From an uncultured Planctomycetaceae bacterium (lineage in GTDB: Bacteria; Planctomycetota; Planctomycetia; Planctomycetales; Planctomycetaceae): 64,000 nucleotides of DNA. Shown piece by piece: positions 11,553 through 21,778 of this stretch. The stretch spans positions 352,001-416,000 of the forward strand of contig CAWFGE010000020.1 of the NCBI GenBank assembly GCA_963815195.1, given 5' to 3'. The position numbers and the translations under genes were made by a program. Below the pieces are notes generated by a model. It worked only from the letters and a program-made list of their open reading frames with translations, did no database searches and was not told the origin of the DNA. Within the stretch, counting starts at the first letter, position 1. Every line of letters begins with the position of its first letter.

Positions 11553-13940
11553 TCAAGGCTTGGCGATCTCCTCGAAGGTCGCGTTGCCGATGCGATACCG
11601 TTTCCAATCCTTGTCGTCGAAGTGCCACCATTCGTATTCGTAGACCGTAAAGCCCTCGGCTTCCATCGTCCGCCGGAGCAGGTCCCGATGCCACCGCTGC
11701 CGGGCGGTTCCGCCGGGATAAAGGGGAAACGAGCGCGGCGAGAACTCGTCATAGCCTGCGACCATGGGAACCGCTTTGCCGGTCTGCAAATCGTAAAGCG
11801 TGAGGTCCACCGCGCAGCCGCGATTGTGGCGGGAGCCGTGCGCGGGACTGGCGACGAAGTTTTTCAGATTATCCGGCGTGGCGTCCCAGAACATCTTCGT
11901 CACATGCCACGGGCGGTAGGCATCGTGAATCAGCAATCCCAAGCCGCGGTTTTTCAGGCGTTGATTCGCCCGGACCACGGCATCCGCGGCGGGCCGCTGC
12001 ATGAAGGCGCGGGCGGTTTTGTAACACACCGCTCCGGTGAAGTTGTTGTTCGTCGCGTAGCGAATGTCCCGGCGAATCGTCGGATCGAGCGAAGTCAACT
12101 CCACAAGATCCGCTTCGCGAAAGTCGCCCGGCTCCCGGGGCGGCTTCGCTGCCAACGCCGCGGCGCGAAGCTCGTCGATCGGCTTCACGGGCCGGATCTT
12201 GAAGGTCTCCCCGTCTTTGGTGCCGACTTCGCGGCGCACGAACCGGACTTCCGCCGCGACCACGTCCCTGGCGACGCCCTCGGCATTGCGGGAGAACTTC
12301 AGATGCTCCCCGTGATAGAGGCCATAGTCCGGAAACTCGAACACATCCTCGCGGACTTCCTGCAATGGATAGTAATAGAACCACTCGATCAAAGCATACA
12401 GCCGCCCGTCCTCTTCCAGAATGTAGAGCGTGTTGTGGTCCCAGCCGTATTCCCCGATCAGGCCTTTCCAGCGATCGGGAACTTCCGCCGGCGGCACGTC
12501 GGGCAAACGGTCAAACTCAATGCCGTCGACAATCAGCCGGTCTCCGTCCTCAAGTTTGACTTCCATGCCGAACCCCGTCGGATCGTCGGTGAGGATCACG
12601 CCGTCATCCGCGGCCGCGCGAAGATCGTAGCGGAACACGCCGCGCTGCATGAAGAGATTGCCATTTAGCTCATTGATTCGCGTAAACCGCCGGCCGCCGG
12701 CTTCCCGGTATTTGCCAATCAGCTCTTTCGCCCGCGAAGGCGGAACGGGGCCGGTCATGCGATAAGCGGGCAATGGTTTTCCGTCTTTCGCGGCGATCAA
12801 GAGTCGCAGCGCGTAATCCGCGAGCCGGCGAACCACCCCATTGCTGCCGTCCAGCGAAGACACCGCGGCCACGCCGACCTGCCGATCGGGAATCGCTTCG
12901 AGTTGCGTCGAGAACCCATACACTGCCCCGCCGTGGCCGATTTTTTTATAGCCGTCGAGATCCTGCACGTGAAACCCCAACCCGAATTCCTGCGGTTTCC
13001 CGTCGGCGTCGTTGAGGGCGGTCGTCATCTGGCGGAAGGTTTCGGGTTTCAAGATCCGGCCGGTTTCGGTTTTCCCCTCGTGGAACAGACATACGAGAAA
13101 CTTCGAGAGATCGAGCACGCTGGAGTAGAGATTCCCCGCCGGCCCGGTCCCCAAGAGAAACGTCGGCGCTTCGAATCGCCGGCCGTCGTACGTCCGCATC
13201 CAACCCGTCGCCAGTTTCGGTTTGACGGCGGGCGTGACGACAAAGCTGCTCCCGGTCATCTTCAGCGGATCGAGAATCGTCCGCCTCACGCGCTCCGGGT
13301 GCGACACGTCCAATTGCTTTTCCAGCACCGCTCCCACGACGGCGATCGCGGCGTTGGAGTATTTGGTTTTGGTCTCGGGCTTGTAGATGAGCGAGGTTTG
13401 ATTGAGGCTCGCCACGGTGTCCGCGAGGCTGGGTTCGTCGGGATCGAAATAATGGCCGACGGGCGATTCCCGCACCAGGCCCGAACGATGGGACATCAAC
13501 TGCCGGAGCGTGATGGGTATGCCGTGGGGATTCTTCGGCCGGAACTCCGGCAGATAGGTTTGGACCGGCGCATCCAGATCGAGTTTTCCGTCTTCCGCCG
13601 ATTGCATCACCGCGATGTCGGTGAACAACTTCGAGACCGACCCCACGCGGTACACCGTCTCCGCCGTCGCGGGGACTTTGCGGTTCGCATCCTGAAAACC
13701 AAATCCCTCCGCCCAAACGATGCGGTCCTTGTCCACGAGCGAAATCGAAAACGCGGGAAGCTGCTTTTGCTCCACTTCGTAACGGACCGCCGTTTTGAGC
13801 TTCTCAATCACAGGGGCATAATCCGCCGGGGCGTCCGCGGCTTGGGTGGGAGGCGAAACAGGGTCGGCCATCAAGGGGATTCCTTGCAATAAGATCACGA
13901 CTGCCCCACCCAGCACGGCCTGTCGGATTTTCATGGTCAT
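11553..13940 (-). CDS. Secreted beta-lactamase-family serine hydrolase fused to D-Ala-D-Ala dipeptidase (M15D, VanX-like)
   Basis: Signal peptide; SVSK, YSN, HGG motifs; C-terminal DAYRP, SRHNRGCAVD, EWWHFD. Confidence 0.9.
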   Translation of the reverse strand: MTMKIRQAVLGGAVVILLQGIPLMADPVSPPTQAADAPADYAPVIEKLKTAVRYEVEQKQLPAFSISLVDKDRIVWAEGFGFQDANRKVPATAETVYRVGSVSKLFTDIAVMQSAEDGKLDLDAPVQTYLPEFRPKNPHGIPITLRQLMSHRSGLVRESPVGHYFDPDEPSLADTVASLNQTSLIYKPETKTKYSNAAIAVVGAVLEKQLDVSHPERVRRTILDPLKMTGSSFVVTPAVKPKLATGWMRTYDGRRFEAPTFLLGTGPAGNLYSSVLDLSKFLVCLFHEGKTETGRILKPETFRQMTTALNDADGKPQEFGLGFHVQDLDGYKKIGHGGAVYGFSTQLEAIPDRQVGVAAVSSLDGSNGVVRRLADYALRLLIAAKDGKPLPAYRMTGPVPPSRAKELIGKYREAGGRRFTRINELNGNLFMQRGVFRYDLRAAADDGVILTDDPTGFGMEVKLEDGDRLIVDGIEFDRLPDVPPAEVPDRWKGLIGEYGWDHNTLYILEEDGRLYALIEWFYYYPLQEVREDVFEFPDYGLYHGEHLKFSRNAEGVARDVVAAEVRFVRREVGTKDGETFKIRPVKPIDELRAAALAAKPPREPGDFREADLVELTSLDPTIRRDIRYATNNNFTGAVCYKTARAFMQRPAADAVVRANQRLKNRGLGLLIHDAYRPWHVTKMFWDATPDNLKNFVASPAHGSRHNRGCAVDLTLYDLQTGKAVPMVAGYDEFSPRSFPLYPGGTARQRWHRDLLRRTMEAEGFTVYEYEWWHFDDKDWKRYRIGNATFEEIAKP

Positions 13941-14145
13941 TCGCTTTCCCCGTCAAAAACTCTGAATCGAGGCGGTGCAAGAAAATTCGCCGCAGGGCGC
14001 TAGCCGCGCTAGCCCCGGTTGATGTGGTTTTCCCGGTCTTTCGTTCCGGCTGATCAATGCAGTCATCTTACAGATTGGGTCTCGGATCAAAGACATGCTT
14101 TCCAAGACGATACCACTCCTCACGCCGCGCGACAACAAGCGGCGG

Positions 14146-16029
14146 CTACTCGGCGAGTTCTTCCAGCGATTCCCAGCGGGCATAGACTCCCGCGAGCTCG
14201 GCTTGGAGCGCTTCAAAGCGGGCTTTGACTTCTGCGATTTCCTGCCCGTCCTGGCGATAGAATTCCGGATCGGCGAGCGCGGCTTCGAGTTCCGCCTGCT
14301 CGGTTTCCAGCTTTTCAATCCGGGCGGGAAGCTCGGCGAGTTCCCGCTGCTCGTTGTAGGACAGCTTGCGCGGCCGATCCGCGCCTCGGCGGGGTTTTTC
14401 CGGTTTGGCGGCCGGTTTCCCGGCTTCGATATTTGCGGACCGGGTGCGGAGCCAATCATCGTATCCGCCGTCGTACTCTTTGAAGGTCCCATCGCCTTCA
14501 TAAGCCAGCGTGCTGGTGACGACGTTGTTCAAAAACGCCCGGTCGTGGCTGACCAACAGCAGCGTGCCTTGGTATTCCCCCAACAACTCTTCGAGGAGTT
14601 CCAAAGTCTCGGTGTCGAGATCGTTGGTGGGTTCGTCGAGCACGAGCACATTCGAAGGTTTGGTCAACAGCTTCGCAAATAGAAGGCGATTGCGTTCGCC
14701 GCCGGAGAGAAACCGCACGAGGCTGCGGGCCCGTTCCGGGGTGAACAGAAAATCCTGAAGATAGCCCAGCACGTGCCGGCGCTGGCCGTTGATGAGAATC
14801 TGCTCGCTGCCGTCGCCGACGTTTTCCTGGGCGGTTTTGTCCTCGTCCAGTTGGGCGCGGAGTTGGTCGAAATAGGCGACTTGCAGATTGGTGCCGATCC
14901 GGAGCGTGCCGGAGTCCGGCTCGAGTTCACCGAGCAACAGCCTGAGGAGCGTCGTCTTGCCGCAGCCGTTGGGACCGATGAGCCCCACGCGGTCGCCGCG
15001 AATGAGCGTCAGCGAAAGATCCCGCACGATCGGCCGGCCGGCATAGGCAAAGTTGACGTTCTCGGCTTCCAGGATCAATTGCCCCGACCGCTCGGCGGCT
15101 TGGGCCTGCATCCGCACGTTGCCGACTTTCGTCTTTCGCTGCCGGCGTTCTTCGCGGAGCTTTTGAAGCGCCCGCACCCGGCCTTCGTTCCGCGTGCGGC
15201 GGGCTTTGATGCCCTGGCGAATCCAGCGTTCCTCCTCGGCGAGCTTTTTGTCGAAGAGATCCTCCTGCCGGGCCTCGGCTTCGAGGAATTCCTCCTTGCG
15301 TTTGAGGAACGTCTGATAATCGCAGCTCCAATCGAACAGCCGGCCGCGTTCGATTTCGATAATCCGCGTTGCGAGCCTTTGCAAGAAAACGCGATCGTGC
15401 GTCACGAAAATCAGCGCGCCCGGATATTTCGCCAAAAAGTCCTCGAGCCACGTGATGGACTCGATGTCCAAATGGTTGGTCGGCTCGTCGAGCAAGAGAA
15501 TTTCCGGCTCCAAGACCAAAGCTTGGGCCAAGAGCACCCGGCGTTTCATCCCAGACGAAAGCGATTTGAAAAGGGCGTCGGCGTTCAAACTCATGCGGGA
15601 CAAAATGCGGTCCACGAGTTGATGGCTGTCCCAGCCGCCCGAGGTGTCCAGTTCGTGCTGCAAGCGGTCGAGCCGATTCGCCAGGCGGTCGTCTGGCGTC
15701 TGGGCGTATTGCTGGGTGAGATGATGATAGGCCGCAAGCCGCTCGCCGACATCCCCCAAACCGGCCGCGACGACATCATAGATCGATCCATGTTCGCCGG
15801 CGGGCACTTCCTGCGTGAGCCGAGCGGTCCGCAGTCCGGGCTGCCTTTGGAATTCGCCGTCGTCGGGGTCCATCTCGCCGGCGATAACTTTCATCAACGT
15901 CGATTTGCCCGCACCGTTTCGCCCCAACAGCCCGATCCGCTCTCCCGGTTCAATAATGAGGGAAATGCCGTCGAGCAAAGGCGGCCCGCCGTAACCGATT
16001 TTCGCATCCTTGAGACTGACGAGGGGCAT
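14146..16029 (-). CDS. uup: ABC-F family ATPase (Uup-like)
   Basis: Two ABC cassettes (GRNGAGKS, LLLDEPTNHLD; GPNGCGKT, LSGGE), GIKARRTRNEGRVRAL linker, C-terminal RKLSY...RWE.LE domain. Confidence 0.9.
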   Translation of the reverse strand: MPLVSLKDAKIGYGGPPLLDGISLIIEPGERIGLLGRNGAGKSTLMKVIAGEMDPDDGEFQRQPGLRTARLTQEVPAGEHGSIYDVVAAGLGDVGERLAAYHHLTQQYAQTPDDRLANRLDRLQHELDTSGGWDSHQLVDRILSRMSLNADALFKSLSSGMKRRVLLAQALVLEPEILLLDEPTNHLDIESITWLEDFLAKYPGALIFVTHDRVFLQRLATRIIEIERGRLFDWSCDYQTFLKRKEEFLEAEARQEDLFDKKLAEEERWIRQGIKARRTRNEGRVRALQKLREERRQRKTKVGNVRMQAQAAERSGQLILEAENVNFAYAGRPIVRDLSLTLIRGDRVGLIGPNGCGKTTLLRLLLGELEPDSGTLRIGTNLQVAYFDQLRAQLDEDKTAQENVGDGSEQILINGQRRHVLGYLQDFLFTPERARSLVRFLSGGERNRLLFAKLLTKPSNVLVLDEPTNDLDTETLELLEELLGEYQGTLLLVSHDRAFLNNVVTSTLAYEGDGTFKEYDGGYDDWLRTRSANIEAGKPAAKPEKPRRGADRPRKLSYNEQRELAELPARIEKLETEQAELEAALADPEFYRQDGQEIAEVKARFEALQAELAGVYARWESLEELAE

Positions 16030-16322
16030 GTTTTTTTTGGGGAGGAGCAAAGGCCACACAGGCCACAAAGAGGCAAAGGGAAGGATAGGGGGAATCATAG
16101 GAGATGGAATTGCCGACGGCTACCGTCGATGGGAAAGCGGAATACGGCTACTGGTGTTGCGTGGGGAGTTTCGGTAGGATTCTGTCAGACGGCGAAGATC
16201 CCCGGCGGCGGTTTTTGCGTTGGGGAGAAACAGGCCGCTCGATTCAGGCGGAGCGGTCGGATCGTTCTCGCAAGTTCTCAGAAAACAGGGAGACCCACGT
16301 GATTGCACCGGGAGTTTTCGAA

Positions 16323-18269
16323 ATGTCGTTTTTGATGTTGATGTTTGGTGGAATGTTCGGCGGGGGCGTGTTGGGATTGCCGCCCGGAGAACGGGACGCC
16401 GCCTTCGTGCAGTGCCCGCCCAAAGATGTAATTCTCTATACCGAATGGGCCTCGCGCGGGAAAGGCAAGCCGGGGGCCGCGGGAATCGACGGCTTCGCGG
16501 CCGACCCGGAGGTGCTCGCGTTCATCGCCGCCATCGACAAAGCCATCCACGACACGATCGACGCCATGCCAGGCGACCAAAAGGTGCTCGGGCAGAACAT
16601 CCCGCCTCTGGTGAAGCTCCTCTTAAACCGTCCGGGCTGCGTGTATGTGGACGTGGACGCGAAGTCGGCGGTGAAGCTGATGGCCGAACCGCCGAAGCTC
16701 CCGCCGTTCATACCGCCGCAATTCGGAATGCTCCCCGCCGCGCAGGCGACCGTGATCTTCAATGGCGGGGACGACGCCGACGCGATTGCCAAGCATCTCC
16801 AAGCCCTGTGCAAATTGCTTCCCGAATCGCAGCGGGCCGAGAACCTCAAGCATCAAAAGTTCCCGACGCCCCTCGAAGGCGCGAGCATGGAACTGCACCG
16901 CCACAAAAACTATTTCATCCTGGGATGGGGCAAAGACACCGTGGACGCGGCGATCAAGGGACTTTCCGGCGAATCGCAGGGCCTCAAGGACAATCCCCGC
17001 TTTGAATCCGCGATGGAAAAAGTCACCCTGGAGCGCACCGCGAGCGTGACTTGGATCGATATGAAAAGCCTGGTGAAAAAAGCCGTGGAAGGCCTGGGCC
17101 CGCAGGGCCTGGTGGTCGCCGCGGTGATGCAGCAGTTGGGGGCCGAGTCCATCGAATCGCTCGCCGTCTGCACAGGCATCGTGGACGGGCAGATGCATTC
17201 GCGGGCCTTTCTTTATACCGGCGGCAAGACCGAAGGCATTTTGGCCCTCGCCGCGGGCCGGCCGCTCAAAGCCTCCGACTTTGCCCAGGTGCCCGAAGAT
17301 GCCGACCTCGCCCTCGGCTTCAGCCTCGACGCGGCAAAGGTGCTCGAGACCGCGCAGAGAATCGTCGGCCAGGCCGACCCGCAATCGAAGCAGGTGTTCG
17401 ATCAGATCATCGCCGAGTTGGAAAAAGAACTCGGCCTGAGCTTCAATGACGACATCTTCCAAGCCTTCGGCAACGCCTGGGTGCTTTACGATTCGCCCTC
17501 GAACGGCGGCATCCTGGCGACGGCTCCCGTGTTGGGCTGGGAAGTCACCGACCACGCCAAGGCCCAGGTCGCGTTTGAAAAATTCATGGAGGTCCTCAAA
17601 CGCGCTTTGCCGCCGATGAGCGAGGGCCGGTTCCCCCGCGGCGTGAAGCTGACGAAAAAGACGTTTCTCGATCACGACATTTACTTCATCAATTCCGTGG
17701 GCCGGGTCGACGCGCCCTTCGCCCCCGCGTTCACTTTGACCAAAAACCAACTGCTCGTCGCCCTCTTTCCGCAGACGCTCAAATCGCATTTGCGGTTCTT
17801 GAACTCGAAGCAGGGCCGGTTCGAGGCGAAATTCGACGAAAAAATCAAAAACGGCGGCGGCGAATTGTTCGCGGTGAGCTACAGCCGGCCCGAATTGTTC
17901 TCCCGGTACGTCGTGACGGTTCTGCCGATGATGGGCACCGCCATGTTTGCCGAAATGCAGCGCGAGGTGCAGGGCTTGGACCTGTTTGAAATGCCCTCGG
18001 CCCGCGCCATCCTGCCTTACGTCGGCGAAGGACTCATCACCAAGGAACGCACCGAAGACGGCATCCTCGTGAATTACCGGCACGGCATTCCCATCCCGGG
18101 CGTGTCTTCGATGATGCTCACGATGCCCGTCTTCGGTTGGGCAAGTTTTCGGGTCCGGCGAATGGAGGCTCCGAGGGCCGTGCCCGCAATTCAGATCAAC
18201 CAGCACGTCCCCCAGTCCCCGCCGAAAGAAATCCGCCGCGGAAAAATCCCCCGAGCAACGGCCTCCTGA
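16323..18269 (+). CDS. Conserved hypothetical protein (DUF3352-like, tentative)
   Basis: Long ORF with host-like codon bias; no certain motif. Confidence 0.65.
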   Translation: MSFLMLMFGGMFGGGVLGLPPGERDAAFVQCPPKDVILYTEWASRGKGKPGAAGIDGFAADPEVLAFIAAIDKAIHDTIDAMPGDQKVLGQNIPPLVKLLLNRPGCVYVDVDAKSAVKLMAEPPKLPPFIPPQFGMLPAAQATVIFNGGDDADAIAKHLQALCKLLPESQRAENLKHQKFPTPLEGASMELHRHKNYFILGWGKDTVDAAIKGLSGESQGLKDNPRFESAMEKVTLERTASVTWIDMKSLVKKAVEGLGPQGLVVAAVMQQLGAESIESLAVCTGIVDGQMHSRAFLYTGGKTEGILALAAGRPLKASDFAQVPEDADLALGFSLDAAKVLETAQRIVGQADPQSKQVFDQIIAELEKELGLSFNDDIFQAFGNAWVLYDSPSNGGILATAPVLGWEVTDHAKAQVAFEKFMEVLKRALPPMSEGRFPRGVKLTKKTFLDHDIYFINSVGRVDAPFAPAFTLTKNQLLVALFPQTLKSHLRFLNSKQGRFEAKFDEKIKNGGGELFAVSYSRPELFSRYVVTVLPMMGTAMFAEMQREVQGLDLFEMPSARAILPYVGEGLITKERTEDGILVNYRHGIPIPGVSSMMLTMPVFGWASFRVRRMEAPRAVPAIQINQHVPQSPPKEIRRGKIPRATAS

Positions 18270-18289
18270 GCATCCCAGAGAAACGACCC

Positions 18290-19592
18290 ATGCCGGAGAC
18301 GCCTGCCGATCGACTCAGCCGCGCGGAACTCGAAGCCGGGCAGTTGGCCCGGCTTCGGGATTTGCTGGCGGAACTGCTGCCGGCCAATCCGTTTTGGACG
18401 CAGAAATTTCGCGCGGCTGACGATCGAAGCGGGCGACGTGCGGACGATGGAGGACTTCCGCCGACTGCCTTTCGTCACCAAAACGGAACTGGTGGACGAT
18501 CAAGCTGCCCATCCTCCGTACGGCACGAACCTGACGTATCCGCTCGTCGGCTATTCCCGGTTGCATCAAACCTCCGGCACGACCACCGGGCAACCCATGC
18601 GCTGGCTCGACACCCCGGCGAGCTGGAACTGGCTGATGCACTCTTGGGCGGAAATCTTTCGCCTGATTGAACTTGCGTCCGAAGACCGGCTGGCGTTTCC
18701 ATTTTCCTTCGGGCCGTTCATCGGGTTTTGGGCAGCGTTCGAGGGCGCGAATCGGCTGGGCAATTTGTGTCTTTCCGGCGGCGGCATGAGCAGCCAGGCT
18801 CGCCTCCGGCTCATCGAGGACAACCAAGCCACAATCGTTTGCTGCACCCCGACTTACGCCCTGCGATTGGCCGAGGTCGCTGCGGGAGAAGGGATCGATT
18901 TGGCCAGCGGTCCCGTGCGCGGGTTGGTGGTCGCGGGCGAACCGGGCGGGAGCATTCCCGCCACGCGATCCCGCATCGAAACCGCATGGGGTGCCAGGGT
19001 TTACGACCACTGGGGCATGACAGAACTCGGTGCGATCGCCGTCGAACCACACAACCGGCCCGGCGGATTGACGGTGCTGGAAAGCGAAGTCATCGCGGAG
19101 ATCCTCGACCCCGAAACGTCCAAGCCCGTCGAACCGGGCCGGGAAGGGGAACTGGTCGTCACCAACCTGGGCCGGCTCGGTTCGCCTTTGATTCGCTACC
19201 GCACCGGCGATCTGGTCCGGGCCGCGACTGTTGCGTCTCCGACCGGTCGCACCTGGCTGCACCTCGAAGGCGGGATTTTGGGTCGAGCCGACGACATGCT
19301 GACGATCCGGGGCAACAATGTCTTCCCCTCGAGCCTGGAAGCGATTCTGCGGCAGTTTGACGAAGTGGCGGAGTATCGCATCGAAGTCCGCACCGAACGC
19401 GAAATGCACCGCCTCAAACTGGAAATCGAACCCTCTCCCCAAGCGGCAGACCGGGTGGAAAACCTCCTTGCCCGCATCCGCCGGACGATCAAGGACCGCT
19501 TGAATTTCCAGCCCGACGTGGCGGCGGTCGCCCCCGGCAGCCTGCCCCGCTTCGAACTCAAAGGCCGCCGCTTCTTCCGCGCCCCCGATTAA
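18290..19592 (+). CDS. Phenylacetate--CoA ligase family protein (frameshift near 18415)
   Basis: N-terminus MPETPADRLSRAELEAGQL...NPFW in one frame; LPFVTK, TSGTTTG, YDHWGMTE, RYRTGDL, GRADDML in the next. Confidence 0.85.
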
Positions 19593-19804
19593 AAAAACGC
19601 GAAATGAGGACTTTTTGAAATTTTCCCCAATTTCGGCGGATTAAGTTGCATATTGCCCGGGAAATTGCGACAATTCTTCCATCACCCTCGTACGCTTGGG
19701 ATTTTGGTGCGAGTGGTGATTTCGTTTTGCCCCCCCAGCCTCGTCGGGTTCTCCGCATTTTTGCCCGGCGAGGCATCTTTTATTTCATGCCCACTTAAGC
19801 GACA

Positions 19805-20458
19805 TCACTCCCCAATCCGCACCCGCGGCCCCGCAATGGTGAGTCTCCCTTCGGCGAAGAGTTGGACGCAGGCGGGATAAAGCGCACACTCCGCCGCAAA
19901 GACCCTGGCCGCTAGGGTTTCCGGCGTGTCATCCTCCAAGACCGGCACGCAGCGCTGTTGGATGATCGGCCCGTGATCATAGACGTTGTCCGCAAAATGC
20001 ACCGTGCAACCGCTGACTTTGACGCCCCGCGCGAGGACCGCCTCGTGCACACGTCGCCCGTAAAACCCCTGCCCCGAAAACGCGGGCACGAGGGCGGGGT
20101 GAATATTCAGCACGCGAAACCGAAAATCGTCGGGAATCTCGATCAGCGACAAAAACCCGCTGAGCGCGACGAGATCCACCTGGGCATCCCGCAAATGATC
20201 GAAAATCGCCCGGCTGAACGTGCGAGTTTCCGCAAAGTCCCGCCGGGCCGCGACTTCGCACCGCAGTCCCGCCGCCCGCGCTTTGGCCACTCCGCCGCAA
20301 TCGGAGCGGCTGGCGATGACCACGGCGACCTCCGCCGAGAGCCGGCCGTCTTCGATGGATTTCAGAAAATTCGTCAGCGTCGTGCCGCCGCCGGAAATCA
20401 ACACCCCCAAACGCAGGGGCCGATCGAAAGCGGTCTCGAGGGGGCGGATTTCAGCCAT
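19805..20458 (-). CDS. purN: Phosphoribosylglycinamide formyltransferase
   Basis: VLISGGGT, LNIHPAL, GCTVHF, YDHGPII. Confidence 0.95.
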   Translation of the reverse strand: MAEIRPLETAFDRPLRLGVLISGGGTTLTNFLKSIEDGRLSAEVAVVIASRSDCGGVAKARAAGLRCEVAARRDFAETRTFSRAIFDHLRDAQVDLVALSGFLSLIEIPDDFRFRVLNIHPALVPAFSGQGFYGRRVHEAVLARGVKVSGCTVHFADNVYDHGPIIQQRCVPVLEDDTPETLAARVFAAECALYPACVQLFAEGRLTIAGPRVRIGE

Positions 20459-20485
20459 CGGAGGATCGAACTTTAGAGTCGGCGG

Positions 20486-20773
20486 TCAGAGCAGGACAAT
20501 CAATCCCGCCATGCTAGCGATCCGCCGGTAAACCGCCAAGACTTGCTCGGCAGTTTCGACGACCGGTTCCAGCGTCACCGAGATATGCCGGCCGCTCGCC
20601 GTTTGGCAAAACCGGTGCGGCGGATCGATTTCCTGCCGCAATTCTTCGCGGACCCCGGCCACCACGCGGGCGGCAAAACCCCCGTCCACCCGTCCGATGG
20701 CTTTGAAGACATAGGCACAAGGAAACCGATGCGTGCGATTGAGCAACTCCACGGGAGGCAAATTCGATTTCAA
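20486..20773 (-). CDS. DUF493/YbeD-like protein
   Basis: FPCAYVFKAIG...SGRHISVTL...VLAVY; TTG start after AGGAG inferred. Confidence 0.8.
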   Translation of the reverse strand: MKSNLPPVELLNRTHRFPCAYVFKAIGRVDGGFAARVVAGVREELRQEIDPPHRFCQTASGRHISVTLEPVVETAEQVLAVYRRIASMAGLIVLL

Positions 20774-20985
20774 AGACCAGCTCCTATTAAAAAGCATCAA
20801 GCAAAAAGCCGCTCCTTCCATCCTCTCAGGCAGCCTCGCACTTATCAAGCACCCATTTCCGAGAGCCCGCCGCTTCCGGAACTTCCGTCCCAAAACAGTG
20901 GCAGGACACCTGGGACATCGCGCCCCGCGGCATCAGGTTTTTCCGTCCCGTCCCCCACCCGCGAAGGAGTTGCGGCATGCGGAAA

Positions 20986-21088
20986 ACAATTCCGCACGGA
21001 AGCACTTTGTCGAGGCGCGGCGACAATTCCGCACGGAAGCACTTTGTCGAGGCGCGGCGACAATTCCGCACGGAAGGAATTTGTCAAC
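20986..21088. repeat. 37-bp tandem repeat (2 exact units plus 1 partial, diverged unit)
   Basis: acaattccgcacggaagcactttgtcgaggcgcggcg at 20986-21022 and 21023-21059; third unit starts at 21060. Confidence 0.95.
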
Positions 21089-21109
21089 GCCTCGCCCGGC
21101 TGTTAAAAT
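21081..21109 (+). promoter_or_regulatory. Sigma70-type promoter of tRNA-Leu
   Basis: TTGTCA-17 bp-TAAAAT, ending 10 bp before the tRNA. Confidence 0.7.
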
Positions 21110-21118
21110 CACCCCACC

Positions 21119-21201
<83 letters not shown>

Positions 21202-21206
21202 TTGGG

Positions 21207-21250
21207 CCCCCGAAGCCCCTGTTTTAGAGGGTTTCGGGGGTTTTTGCTTT
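21207..21250 (+). terminator. Intrinsic terminator after tRNA-Leu
   Basis: ccccgaagcccct...aggggtttcgggg hairpin followed by a T-rich tract. Confidence 0.7.
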
Positions 21251-21362
21251 TCCGGGGCGGAATCCTCCATCTTGCCGGGATTGCCAGATTTCGGCACAGG
21301 GCGGCATTGTTCGGCACCAGGCGCGGCGCATAGGCGCTGCAGTTTTCCGGAGCGGTCGCCGG

Positions 21363-21521
21363 TTTGCCGTCGGTCCCGGTCGCTTGGGCGGCTTCCTTCG
21401 GCTTCGGCAGAGAGGGCAGTTTGCACACCGAACGCGACAGGTCGGAAACCGACTGATGCGTGTCATGGTTTGCGGTCAGCCGTTTCATCTCGCGATTCCG
21501 TCACATCGGCTGAACGGCCCG
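21363..21521 (-). pseudogene. Tyrosine integrase C-terminal remnant
   Basis: Translates RAVQPM*RNREMKRLTANHDTHQSVSDLSRSVCKLPSL...AQATGTDG, resembling the integrase box II (Q.LxRHS..LT...YTH) and an ATGTDG tail; points toward the tRNA. Confidence 0.55.
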
Positions 21522-21778
21522 GCCACTCGTACCGTCTATGAGCCGACTCGCCGTGTTATGTAGGAGAGACAATTGGCGATGCCGCAGGATCGCTGCGGGC
21601 CAGTGGATTTTTCCTGGGACGTGGCGAACTTGGTTTCGGCGATTTTCTGGGGAATTTCCGGGGCCATTCTTGGTAGACTATGGACATTGGCCATTCGCAC
21701 AACGGCGCGGCTTTTGGCGCTCGTTTGTAAAGAGGAGTGACTGATCGGTTTACCTGTCGAGAGCGCATTGGTGAAAGA

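Noticed and set aside
20986..21088. Possible CRISPR array (37-bp repeats)
   Set aside because: Units are head-to-tail with no unique spacers, and there are no cas genes in the window.
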